64,000 nucleotides of DNA from the NCBI GenBank assembly GCA_051530055.1, contig CM121341.1, positions 14,548,784-14,612,783 of the forward strand. Direction: 5' to 3'. The notes under the pieces were generated by a model. It was not told where the DNA came from and did not search any database. It saw only the letters and a list, made by a program, of their open reading frames with translations. The stretch comes from Neoechinorhynchus agilis. Lineage: Eukaryota > Animalia > Acanthocephala. Both the position numbers and the translations under genes were made by a program. Below are positions 36,174 to 48,086 of this stretch, piece by piece (position 1 is the stretch's first letter; the number at the start of each line of letters is the position of its first letter).

Positions 36174-37495
36174 TGACGGATAAGGTCAACGTGACCAGCG
36201 TTGTGCTCAATGAAACCAAAGATCAATATCAAGAACTGTAAACGTCCTCTTCCAATAAGAATGTAATTGAATGGAATAGGAAAGTCTAAGGATACATTTT
36301 GTCAGCGTATTTTTTCGGATATCTTTTAACTCAGGCAATTGGAGGCGTCTTGGCCTACAAACTGGGATCGCAACGAGTATTGATCATATCAGTAACCGGA
36401 AGTTTGTTGTGTAATTTTGGCAACATCATTCGCAGCAAAAATGAGTCCAGTGCTAGTGTTTATTCTTCGATTTTTTTCTGGGATGTCTTGCGAGCGTCAG
36501 CTGGCCTATTTGCTATATCCGCCGTACTTTGTGAACAATCGTTTTCGGACGGATGGCCCCTGGTTTTCTACGTGTCTAGTATCATTGGAATAATCTGGAC
36601 GATTACATGGGCACTTCTGGCCAGATCGCGACCAGAAGATCACCACTTTATCTCAAAACAAGAACTTGAGTATATTTGCCTCAAAAGACCAATTTCCAAA
36701 ACAAGTGGCGAAGCTCCAAAAGTTCCATCCAAGGCCATATTAACATCAATCCCTTGTTGGGAATGTTTAGATCACATTTTTTCAAAGCTGTTGGATTTTT
36801 TACTCTTCTAGCAAACATAAGTACGTACAGCAAGAACGTTATGAATTTCAACGTAAAGAAAAGCGGATTTTTGAGTTTCGAGTCCTACATCTTCCACTGG
36901 CTATTTACTCTGATCAGCGTAGTAATGTGTGATAAACTTATTAACGCCGGAACAATATATCATACAATGGCACGAAAAGTTTTTACAGCACTCGGAAACT
37001 TTCTACCTGGAATTTTCACATTCCTTACAGGATTTGTGACTGCTAAAACAACTTGGGACGGTACCCCGCTGTTTACGCTGGTCTTGGCGACGACAGGATT
37101 CAATACAGGATGTTGGTTGTCTTGCGACATGGCACCAATATTTGCTGGCATAATCTGGGATATTTCTAACACGTTTGGAATCTTGCCTGGAGTATTGTGC
37201 CCGGCAATGGTCGGTGTGATAGTGAAAGATGGATTGATACGACAGCGGCGCATTGTATTTAGCATTTGCGCCGTTTGTTACTTTATTTCGGAATTATCCT
37301 ATATATTGACGGGAGACGCGGCCATGGGCTCTCGATAAGGACGAAATCGATATTGATGAACTGGAACTCGACGAGTGTTGATCATATCAGTAACCGGAAG
37401 TTTGTTGTGTAATTTTGGCAACATCATTCGCAGCCAAAATGAGTCCAGTGCTAATGTTTATTGTTCGATTTTTTCTTTGATTTCTTGCAAGCGCC
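36174..37495 (+). pseudogene. SLC17/sialin-like transporter pseudogene (copy 2, with more N-terminal sequence)
   Basis: IEWNRKV*GYILSAYFFGY (in-frame TAA), a frameshift in the ILATSFAAKMSP region, an internal deletion, and the same 1-nt frameshift after PCW as copy 1. Confidence 0.82.
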
Positions 37496-39813
37496 AACTG
37501 GGCTGCACTCGATATCCTACGAATACATGTCGATATCTTATGAAAAGAATATATCACATTCAAGGAGATGCTCAGCAGGCGAGGAATAGCGACAAAAACG
37601 AGATGCATTTTCAGAAGTAAAGAGCAACAAATGATGTAAATGTTTAGCGAGAAGCTGGGCCGGAGGTGAAATCTCTGCGATATACAGGACATAAACGAAG
37701 GGGGAAGAGAGCCAAATCAAAAGCGTCGATGACCAAGATGGAGCCTCGCTGTCCAGAAGACGACTTGAGTGACGTCCAAAAAGGGAATCTGATCTGAGCC
37801 GAGAATACTTTCAATGAAGCAATATAAACAGCGAACGCAAATGAAGCATAGAAAACGAGAGTCTAGTGATCGTGATTCCAAGTGAAAAACCGGTAACGAA
37901 GAGCAACAAGATTGCTACAGAGAGCGTTCAAGGAGGGAGCGCGGTGGCCCAAACAAATGCATCCTCGAACATTCGACAAATATTTTTGCATAAGCCCAAA
38001 CAAAATAATACGGAGAAACGTCAGCCAGAAACGAGGAGGCCTTTGGTCGGCGGTGAATGTGTTCATTACCCATTTGTAAAGGAGAAAATTAAAGAACATT
38101 GTGATGACAGTAAAGCACAGCGAGGGTCCGAAACGAAAGATGAATCTGAAAGCTACCGGAAGCGTCCATGAAGGGAACACGATGGCCCCAACGCAAGTGT
38201 CGATTTTCAAGAGGAAGTTTTGCTATGCAAAAGGCGAGCAACAGAAGTTAATAAGAGGAATTTTAAATCAGAATCGCATTATTTGAGGACCTCTAAAGTG
38301 ATCAAAATGATTCAGGTTCAGCTGTACAAACAGGATCACAAAATGATATTCATGTTCAGCGAGATACTGGAAAGGAAGGGAAATCCAAACGTTAAGAGTA
38401 TCGTTCAATAAGAAAGCACGGCGATGTTTCTTCACCCAGAAGACAAACTGTGCAACCTGATGGGAAAACTTAAGTCATAAACAAGGAGACGTTCCGTGGA
38501 ACGTATGCATCCTCAAAAGCGAACCCCAAATGAGCCGATGAAAAAACACTGCGTTGACCGTCATGTTCAGCGAGAGACTGATGAGGAAGGAAAATCCGAA
38601 AGCCAGAAGATTTGATCAACAATAAAGCACCGCAGTCTAGCAGTTGCAATTATTCCCTTCTAGTAAGACGGTCCTAGTAACTTTGCAGAATACGAAGAAT
38701 ATTGCACGTAAACGAGGACGTATACCAACGGAAATGCATGCGATTTCATTGACGTATTTAACATTGCTAGACGAACAAGCTCGGGATTATCTTGAAAAGA
38801 ATTGTTGCATAAAGTTAGTATTCAGTGTTTTTCATTTGCAAGACATCCCTTCCTTGGCTTATTTTTTTTATAAGGTATATAACTAATCCGATCTCTTACA
38901 ACGGAGAAGTGATTGAATCACTTAGGAAACTTTCTGATGAGTCCCACCTCCTCGGGTGATATCTGAGAATCCGAACGGCGATTTACGGAACTCATAACCG
39001 TACGTTTCAGAATTCAAGTGATTAAATCACTTCTCTGATGCAAGATATCGGCTTGGCTGTATGCTTAAAAAAGGAAAAAAGCCGAGCAAGGGATGTTCTA
39101 AAAGCAATGAATTTAATAGAAACCTCAATATCATCTAGTGTAGAATCTCAATAAGCGCCAGCTAAAATCGCTTAGTAAATTCACAGTTCATAAAAGGTCA
39201 GACCCGAAAGATGAACATCTTCGCCTTCATTACATTCACAACTAAACTAGCTGAAGGTGGAACGCCTTTTGAATATAAAATTTGAGGACATTTATTTCCC
39301 AATTTCAGAATTTCAAATCACTCAGTTAATTTTAGATTCATGAAAGGTCAGAAACCAAATATGAGCGTCATCGCTGAACGCAAATGAGGATGAAAACCAA
39401 CAGAAATGAACACGAATTGGTTTTTGAATTTAACATTTCGAAATGAAAACAATTGTACATGAAATAACGAACACGTGTAAGATACGATGACAACTGTGAT
39501 TTTAAATTTTTCTCTACAGAGGTTTCACTCTCTCGTCAAATATTGCCAGCTTACCCTTGTTCTTGATCAAAAGTAGAGCCTCGTGTGAAGATAATTCATC
39601 AGCTCGTTCGCACAGCAACTAAAGTTGCGGTTAAAGATTTGCAATCTATGCTTCAACATTAGAACCAAAAATGCCGCTCCCTAGAATACTCAACCGGTCT
39701 AGAGCGATCAATTCTATCCTGGGGGTCAGGTTCTGGAAACCTTTCACGATCGTTTGCCTGGTCGCCACATCTGCCACGTTCATCACTAAAATCTCGCATT
39801 TCGCAGCATTCAA

Positions 39814-41490
39814 TTAAATGCCAATTTTCGCCATCTTCTTCACGAGCGTCTCCAAATCGCACAGTACAACAAAGGGGTTACCTCCGAGCGTGGCATCGTC
39901 CAGGTACCAGCCGTTAAAGCTGGACTGGAGAGAGTGCGCGACGGGATAGACTGCGAGTGAGAAGGCTATTTGGCCTAAAAGATCCCTTTGTCGAACTCTT
40001 TCTGACCAGAAAGCGTGGTTATTAAACAACAAGGGTGTTGGAGTCCCATGGGCATCTGGTGCGTGATCTCTAACTACTTCGAGCAAATCTGCTCGGTAAA
40101 CTATGTTGAACGCATTTTTGAAATCACATTTCAAGATCACGAACGGCTTTGAGTTTCCGGTGATGACTGTGCGGAGTGAATGAACAATCGCATCTACGCC
40201 ACAAGGTGTACAGCAGCCAAACTGAGTCGGGCAAAGCAGCATATTTATTATTTCCGTGATCCTTTTATTTAAAATTTTTGCTGTTAAGCGGCGCAGAGTT
40301 GTTCCAATTACAATGGGACGAATCCCATCTTCCTTTTTCGCGAGGGCACACAAAGATGCGCCGAAAAATAACTCAACTGCTTTCGGAATCAACTCTCCCC
40401 TTGCAAATTGGTCGATTAGGCACGCCAATGCATCTTCAAGGGACTGGGCAGCGTCACCTACTGAAAAGCAAGTCATATCCTTCAGGTGTTGGGGCCGCTG
40501 CCCGTCAAGTCCGCGAGCTGATCCGCTAGCAAAAGAGGAGATTGCCATCTTCACGGAAGAGGAATTAACGAAAAGCTGCCGACCGCCATCACTCGGAGGT
40601 TTGGAACGAAGAGCTCGTAAAGTTTCTTCGTTATCTCTGGCGAGACTGTCCATTGATGATAAAAGACGAACTGCTCCTCTGACATCTCCGTCTGCGAGCT
40701 TCGAAGAAACGCATCCAACAAGCGACCGATTTGAGTTTCGGCAGTGGCCACGCTCCTGGACACACTCCTTACGTAGCTCGCATGCTGTCGAAAGGCATTG
40801 AATAAAATTTTCGTAAAAAGAACTTATTCGCGCTTCTATTTTTGTGATCAGAGATAGTTCAGAAACATCACCAGCGGAAAACTCCGCGCAAAAAGGCGCA
40901 TCCACGACAACTCTGGGTTAGTCTCGATACAGTCTGTCAATAAAGAGGTGAATCTCTTTGCGACCTGATATCGCACGCCCCTTGGGATTCTTTTCAGAAC
41001 GTTCCTGGGCAGAACTCGCACAATATTCCCTACAAATGGAATTTCATTTTTTACTGGTGATGTCGTGAGAAAATTCTGGCGCACACCATCAATGGGCTTA
41101 GGAGATGAACTGGAACCGTCGCAGCGTGAATTACGGGGTCCATGGACCCTAAGAACTCATGTTTTCATCAGGGAGAAAATCCCATCACAAACCTCACAGA
41201 ATCCTGCAGAGAAAGTTGAAATAATCACATTGACGTTGTTCTCTTCACTTGGCTCGTTTTGGGTGGGAAAGTTTCCGTCTTCATATTGTGGTCTAATATC
41301 CATACTCCGAGCGAAGCGAGGGGATGGCATCGGTGTCGTCGGTAGTGGAGGCGACCGCAGCGAAGATGAACACAATTGTACACAAAATAAATAAAAACTG
41401 CATCTTTTCTCACACGTAAAGTCGAATACTCTATCGTTCGGGGACAATAATGCACATAAATTTAGTGCATGATACAACGAAAACACTGAA
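39814..41490 (-). mobile_element. Degenerate CRE-like non-LTR retrotransposon (N-terminal zinc-finger-like region plus RT, ending shortly after YLDD)
   Basis: CEVCDGIFSL..RVHGPRNSRC, VLKRIPRG, GDVRGAVRLL, GLDGQRPQHLKD, GIRPIVIGTTLRRLTAK, KCDFKNAFN and WYLDDATL. Confidence 0.9.
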
Positions 41491-41912
41491 AATTCGATTA
41501 ATATTCACGGCAAATGAGAAACGCATAATATTTTGATTTAAAATACTACTGTTTAAGGTGCTAACATTTATTGAAAAAATCGTGAACAACGGTGTTTGCA
41601 GATTATTTGATCGAATTTTTTAGATGTAAATTATTTTTGCAATATTTTATTCTTCATCTATAAATTAAAAAAATCACTTTAGCATTTTATTAATTCGATC
41701 TATTACAGCGATAAAATGGACTTAAATTTTTTTTAATTTTGATGAGTTTTTAGTGATTGAAATCAGAATTGACAAATTATTGTTAAATTCTTGTCTGAAT
41801 AGTCTGTTTTTTTCTGTGTGAAAGCTGAGAATCTTCGTGTATTTCAAAATCTCAACAAAGATCATTTTTTCCAAAGTTTAATTTGATATAAAGTCAAGTC
41901 TATATGAGGAAA

Positions 41913-42806
41913 TCACTTACTTGTTTTTGGCGGCCTAAATTCGATTTTCCGTGTTTTTATTGAGCTCCACATCCGTCTTTTCATATGAGCAATGGTTGCA
42001 AGTATAATTGGAAGTAGAAGAAGTGATTTAAGTCCAAGGAAAGCTCTTTGATCGAATTCGCTTTGAGAAGCCCATACAAGAAAAGTGCTAACATCTTTTG
42101 CCATTTGAGAGACGGTTGCGGGAGTACCGTCCTCATATTCGAGCATATCGTCATACAAAGGGGCTTTCATTCCAATTTTTCCTTCAGCGAAATAGGGATT
42201 AAAATGGTTAGTTTCGCCATCTAAACTGTCGATGAACTCTAAAGGTGTCCTTGTTCATCGAATAGTTACCACGACACCCTCTGGAGGATCGTCTTTGTAT
42301 CCCGTTAAAAGTGAAAAAATATAATCCATATTATAAGTTCGTGCAAGGTTTATAAACGTCAAATCGGCTGGATATGCGCCGTTATTGGCCTTTTTGGCTT
42401 GCGCTTTATTGACATAGGGCTTAGGGAAATGGTCAGTTAGTTTTCCTGGACGCTGGTACATTTTTCCGTCTTCGTTCGGCCCGTCAGTTATCATAGCTTC
42501 AGCGGCTTCTTGTTTGGCTTGTTCTTCGGTATGTGTAACACCAATCAAATGCATATAACGAACCCATTTTAACGAATGGCAAGCACTACAAACTTGTTTG
42601 TACACTTGGTATCCTCGACGAAGACTGGCATGGTCTAACGTTTGAAAAAGTCCATTATGAGACCAAGGGTACTTTGGAGGTTGTGCTTTTAATTCAAAAG
42701 CGTGAAGCGGCCGTAAAAGTTCGTCTGTGATCAAAGCACTGCCGACGAGAAGAATCCCACAACCCGATATTCTAATCAATGGATATCTTAGAGATCGTAG
42801 AACCAT
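41913..42806 (-). CDS. CYC1: Cytochrome c1, mitochondrial complex III (one short intron at ~42230-42270)
   Basis: PWSHNG...LRRGYQVYKQVCSACHS (heme motif), HFNPYF, IGMKAPLYDDMLEYEDGTPATVSQMAKDVSTFL and KRRMWS. Confidence 0.96.
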
Positions 42807-43380
42807 CGTACGAAAAAATTATGATTGAAACGAATATTTAGAACTTCTTTTATGGAGAGAAAAACACCCTCATTCTTTCGTATGTAATTCAAAAATGATC
42901 AATCAATGATCGGCAAAATGGATCAACATGAAACCAAACTTCTACCCATTAAGGCTTTTCTTTCCGATTAACGTACACATAGAGTTTTATCGCATTGTCC
43001 GGTTTAAAGGTTGCGCCTTCGAAAAAAAGAATTCATTAAAATTTGAAAACTATGTCGTCATTTTAGGCGAAAGAATGGAGATTAAACCATAAAGCGAACG
43101 TAATCTTACTTGGTTATTACGTCACAAACTCGTCTTCGTTGTTTCCGATCCAACAAGCATCCCATCTTTCTTCCATTGGACTTTTCTGTGAGTTTAAATC
43201 CTGAGCTGCGTAATACTGCGTGTTTTAGTCGGTTTCTATCAGCCTTTCCATTCGAAATCGAATTTCACAGCCTATTTGCGAATTCATGTCATTATTACAT
43301 TTCTGATTTCAAAACCAAAAATTAATTTCTTGGATTATTATCTTCGAGGAGGGGGAAGAGACTTTCTATTGGTAGTTATG

Positions 43381-43538
43381 CCGGATTTAAATTCACTAAT
43401 TTATTTCCCCTATATTCCACTTCGGATATTTCCGACATTTTCCCAAGGTTACAAGAAATAACAAACCTTGGTGAAATTTGAGAATTTCTCAAACAAGTGA
43501 AATATCAGGGAAATAAATTAGTGAATTTAAACCTCCGG
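43381..43538. mobile_element. MITE-like element (family shared with 62133-62329)
   Basis: Terminal inverted repeats CCGGATTTAAATTCACTAATTTATTTCCC and GGGAAATAAATTAGTGAATTTAAACCTCCGG. Confidence 0.75.
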
Positions 43539-44320
43539 GAGCCACCATACTTTTATATGCGAAATACTTTTTATTATTTAATTTCGATGACCAAATTCAA
43601 AAAGAGCAAACAAAAATTGTGTTTATCATTAGCGTTTTAAGCACAATCTGCTAGTAGTTTCTTTTTTATCATGCGAAAACTCCATAGATTTGGCCTTGGA
43701 TCGTTCGTTTGACGTTACTGATTAGCAATGCTTATTTATCGATTTTTATAATTGGTTACTGGCCTCGTTGGTTGCTTCGAATTCGACAATGAGCCCAGAG
43801 CGTTCTCGGACTTGACGTTTTGCGGGTGGCCCTTAGTCTTTCTTCACTTTATAGTGTCCAACTTTCTTCTTTAGCCGTCTTCGTTAGTCCGACTCGGTAT
43901 CCCTTGCATATTTCTCAACCTGTCCGGGAGAAGATGTTCCGTGTAAAAGAACAAGGGAAGGGGAACCTAAGCCCTCCCTCGAGTGTTACTGAGATTTTTT
44001 CGCGTGATTCCAGATCCTCGCGTTTTATCGGAAATCCACTCGGCCCGTGGCAGAACTAGAAGTTGAGACAATCGTATGAGAATTGACGGTTGTAGCAGTC
44101 ACCGGAGTCTGAATCTGTCCACCGCTGATTCTTGATCACCGTTAAAGACTTGGAAAAGTACCCATTTGCCTTCTAATTTTCAGGGTTCCTAACAGTCCGA
44201 CAACCGCAGCGGTGAGGGAAACGTTGTTGGATTTCTGACACCTACATAGCATATGATCAGTCGAGGCTATGGAAAGATATGTTTCCTCAAAGAACTAGTC
44301 GTGCTCATTGAATATTTTAG

Positions 44321-47120
44321 ATGTCCGTAACTTTGGATGATTCCGCTGACCGTGAACTCATGGTCATTAAACCTCTTGGTGCTGGTCAAGAAGTAGGCCG
44401 TTCGTGTATATATGTTGAATTTCGAGGAAAACGCATTTTGCTGGACTTCGGGATTCATCCAGGCTTGACAGGTCGTGCAGCTTTACCGTTTGTTGACCAA
44501 ATTGACGTTAGCACGATTGATTTGGTTCTTATAAGTCATTTCCATCTCGATCACTGTGGAGCCGTTCCGTGGTTATTGGAAAAGACAGAGTTCCGTGGGA
44601 GATGTTTCATGACTCATCCTACAAAAGCGATTTATCGGTGGCTTTTATCCGACTATATACGCGTAAGCACTCAGCATCCCAATGATCTTTTGTTCAGCGA
44701 TAATGATCTCGACCGAAGTATGCGGAAGATCGATACAATGAATTTCCATCAAGAGTTTGAGGTTAGTGGAATCAAGTTCTGGTGCTACCACGCTGGTCAC
44801 GTTCTTGGAGCTGCAATGTTCTGTATTGACATTGCTGGTGTACGTATTCTGTACACAGGAGATTTTAGTCGTCAGGAGGACAGACATTTGATGGCAGCTG
44901 AGATTCCGTTGGTGAAACCGGATGTTTTGATTGTCGAATCTACTTATGGTACCCACATTCACGAAGATCAGGACAGGAGGGAGTCTCGTTTTACGAGGTT
45001 GGTTCATCAGATTGTTAACCGTGGAGGACGGTGCCTGATTCCTGTATTTGCTCTTGGAAGAGCTCAAGAACTACTTCTGATTCTCGATGAGTACTGGGAA
45101 CAACACCCGGAATTGGAGGATACACCTATTTTTTATGCGTCCTCTCTAGCAAAACGATGTCGTTGATGAGAATCAAACTCCTTGCACATAGTGTGGATTG
45201 GTATTAATCCGTTAGATGGTTAATTTTTGTGTTTAGTGCCAAAGTGAAAGGATATCTTTCAAATTAGATTTTCACTCACTGTTTTTGGTATTGATTTATT
45301 ATATGAGCGTTTTGGTAATCCACCTAATTTTTGTTGATTACTCAAACGTCCGAAGGCGATGATCGCTCTGATACGCTTACGCTTGGAAGATTTAATTACC
45401 AAAATCACTTTTTGACTTTTTCGAAATCATGCCCACTCTTACGTTTGATTCTGCATCCAATATGACTGTTTATCAAACCTATATCCACTCCATGAACAAA
45501 AACATCCAAACTCGATTTCGGGTTCGCAATCCTTTTGACTTTAAACATATATCGTACATGAGAACGATCAGCGACTTCGATGATGTGGGTCCAAGCGTTG
45601 TTCTTGCATCGCCTGGAATGATGCAGAACGGAATGTCACGAGAGTTATTTGAGACTTGGTGTTCAGACGCCAAGAATGGTGTAATCATTGCCGGATACTG
45701 TGTTGAGGGTACTCTGGCAAAAACCATCTTAAACGAACCCACCGAGATCCCAGCAATGAATGGAGAAATGCTCCCTCTTAAATGTTCAGTGGATTATATT
45801 TCATTTTCGGCTCACACCGACTACAGACAAACCAGCGATTTCATTAACCGTCTACGTCCTCCTCATGTGATTCTTGTTCATGGAGAAATGACTGAAATGG
45901 CAAGGTTAAAGAATGCTTTAGTTAGAGACTTTGAAAGTGATCTTGATTTTAAAACCAACATTTATAATCCCAAAAACACTCAAGCAGTACATCTCCAATT
46001 CAGATCGGAGTTAAGTGCCAAAGTCGTCGGAAATCTGGCTGCGCGTTCAATTGATCCGGAAACTAAATTACCCAAAGAAGGGGCTAGAATCGAAGGCGTG
46101 TTGGTGAAGAAGGAGTTCATTCATTACGTAATGGACGCAGATGATCTTTCTAACTTTACCGATCTATCGACAAGTATTTTTCACCAACGAATGAGCGTTC
46201 CGTTTACGAGAAGCATAATGTGTCGGTGCGAATCAAGGGAAGAGTCCCGAAATGAATTTTTTTTGATCGTTTGATAATTGGCTTTATTTTTGTTTCAACG
46301 GTTTTTAGTTTAACCAGAAAAATGTTCCTATTGAAAGAATGTTTTAAGACGAACAATTTAGAACTGCATCGAGAAGTTTTCTATGTACATTACTGCGCTA
46401 TCTTGGTAGACTTTAGCTTTCTACATCCTCTAGACTCTTTCTTTATCACGCCTGCTCCATTTTTATCTCCTTATTAATACTTTTGAAGGGAAAATCCGTT
46501 CTTTGTACATAATCTCATTGTTTCCGTCATCTTTTGCACGCGACGCTATAAAGACATTATTCGTTAACCTTTCGCAAATCGCTGGAGGTGAAATGGAAAC
46601 GGTAAAGAACTCGTTGGCGCCGAAACCGGCAATCATTCTCTTTAAAAATATAAAATTAGTTCTTGAGCAGAATATGGTGGTAATAGAATGGAAATCAAGT
46701 CCAGAGAGTGATATGCTTGTCGATGCGATTTTGACGGTGATTTTAAAGACTGAAATTGGGGACATTGTCGCTAAGGAAGATTCGGTGCCCCAGACTGATC
46801 GGCGGCATTTTATATCCGTTTTGAGAATGACTCTTGATGAAATGTTCGGTGATCTGGATCCTCCCGGTGAAGACGATGAAGATCGAATTATAAGGTTCAA
46901 GGTAGATTCAACGGTGGTAGAAGTAAACACCGACGAACTGAATGTGAACTGCGAGAATTCAAGAATTAAGGAAGTTGTTATGAGTGTTGTTCGACATTTA
47001 TTCATAAGCATCGTCCCTATCAAATTCTTTTGTGACGAGTGTAATTATTCCGGAACTGAGTTTGACCGAATGGATTGGCCGACTAAGGCGAACAAAGAAG
47101 GAAAAGTAGACATTAAGTGA
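44321..47120 (+). CDS. CPSF3: Cleavage and polyadenylation specificity factor 73 kDa endonuclease, in three segments
   Basis: [46 protein letters not shown] and SFSAHTD, with the C-terminal VIEW...DML. Interrupted at 45161-45461 and 46215-46551. Confidence 0.96.
45161..45461 (+). other. Stem-closed intervening sequence 1 in CPSF3 (301 nt, CG...AT or TC...AA ends)
   Basis: Removal gives LAKRC-MTVYQTY, matching LAKKCMAVYQTY. GATG-AGAATCAAAC (45165-45178) pairs with GTTTGATTCTGCATC (45443-45457). No in-frame AG is available. Confidence 0.85.
46215..46551 (+). other. Stem-closed intervening sequence 2 in CPSF3 (333 nt), flanked by ATAA direct repeats
   Basis: Removal gives [18 protein letters not shown], collinear with PYTGPFNLLCYQLQKLTG. 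GTGTCGGTGCGAA (46220-46232) pairs with TTGCACGCGACGC (46534-46546), 13 bp with one bulge and two G-U. Confidence 0.8.
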
Positions 47121-47172
47121 GTTAAATACATGTTTCATAAAGTGCTCTATATAATGTCAGGTTGTGTTTTTT

Positions 47173-47638
47173 AATTGACACTTGGGGGGCTGTTATAATG
47201 ATAAGGAAAAAATCTTTATTTGTCGAGCTTTCGACGTCTTACTGCTTCTTCAGAAATCTACAAAAGCACGTGGAGTTGTGAAGTATGTTAAAGTAGCGAC
47301 ATCGAAGCGGAACGTTCGTCCCGCTTGTTGAGCAGTACTGTAGCTTTGTCTAGCTGATTTCCAGAACTCATCCTCGCATTGTCTGCGAGCTATCAACCGA
47401 GGCACTACTTATATCCCGGGCGGTTGGAAGGGGAATGTGTTTTCCCAGACAATTCAAGGGAGAGATCTGCTCATCAGTTGGAAAGAGCCCCAGAACTGGT
47501 CAACAAGCGGGACGAACTTTCCGTTTCGATGTCGCTACTTTAACACACACTTCACAACTCTCAAGAAGCCGCAAGACGTCAAAAGCTCAGAAATAAAGAT
47601 TTTTTCTATCATTATAATAACCCGCCCAAATGTCAATT
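47173..47638. mobile_element. Foldback/MITE-like element with imperfect arms of about 150-170 bp
   Basis: AATTGACACTTGG...CGACATCGAAGCGGAACGTTCGTCCCGCTTGTTG on the left mirrors CAACAAGCGGGACGAAC...CCAAATGTCAATT on the right. Confidence 0.8.
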
Positions 47639-48086
47639 TCGAAAACAAAGCTTGATCAATCATGCGGCTGGGAAATTGAGTAGTATTTCACAAGAAGACT
47701 ATATAATGTTGTATAAATCATTAGTGTATTTTAACGCTATTTCCTTCAATTTACAAAATATTTTTTCCTGTACAGACTGCATAACCTTCAAGATATTACA
47801 GTTTTGAAGATATTGGATTTTTGAGAAAAGTTTGGATTTACTAATGCTTAGACTTCCGCAATTCAAATTTCGCTCTTTGGATTCTTCTCTGAAGAAATTC
47901 CTACCGAGCGTCGTTTAAGCAAAGGAAATTCAACCCGTGATTCACTACACTCCCCCCGTTGCACAAGTAACAATAAGAGAAAAAATGAGGTGAGTACGTC
48001 TTTGTACAGTTGGAAAATGTGTATCGAACTATCACCGTACGAGTTTCCGATTCAAATACCTCAGTGGAGACGTAGTTTGAAGAGCA

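Noticed and set aside
36230-36295. Stop-codon reassignment (in-frame TAA where Gln is expected in SLC17)
   Set aside because: The same locus has frameshifts and a deletion. Intact genes end in TAA, TAG and TGA, and the 1383-aa CABIN1 ORF reads with the standard code.
42225-42275. Break in CYC1 as another non-canonical insert
   Set aside because: In-frame GT-AG solutions of about 30-45 nt exist and there is no terminal stem, so it is an ordinary short intron.
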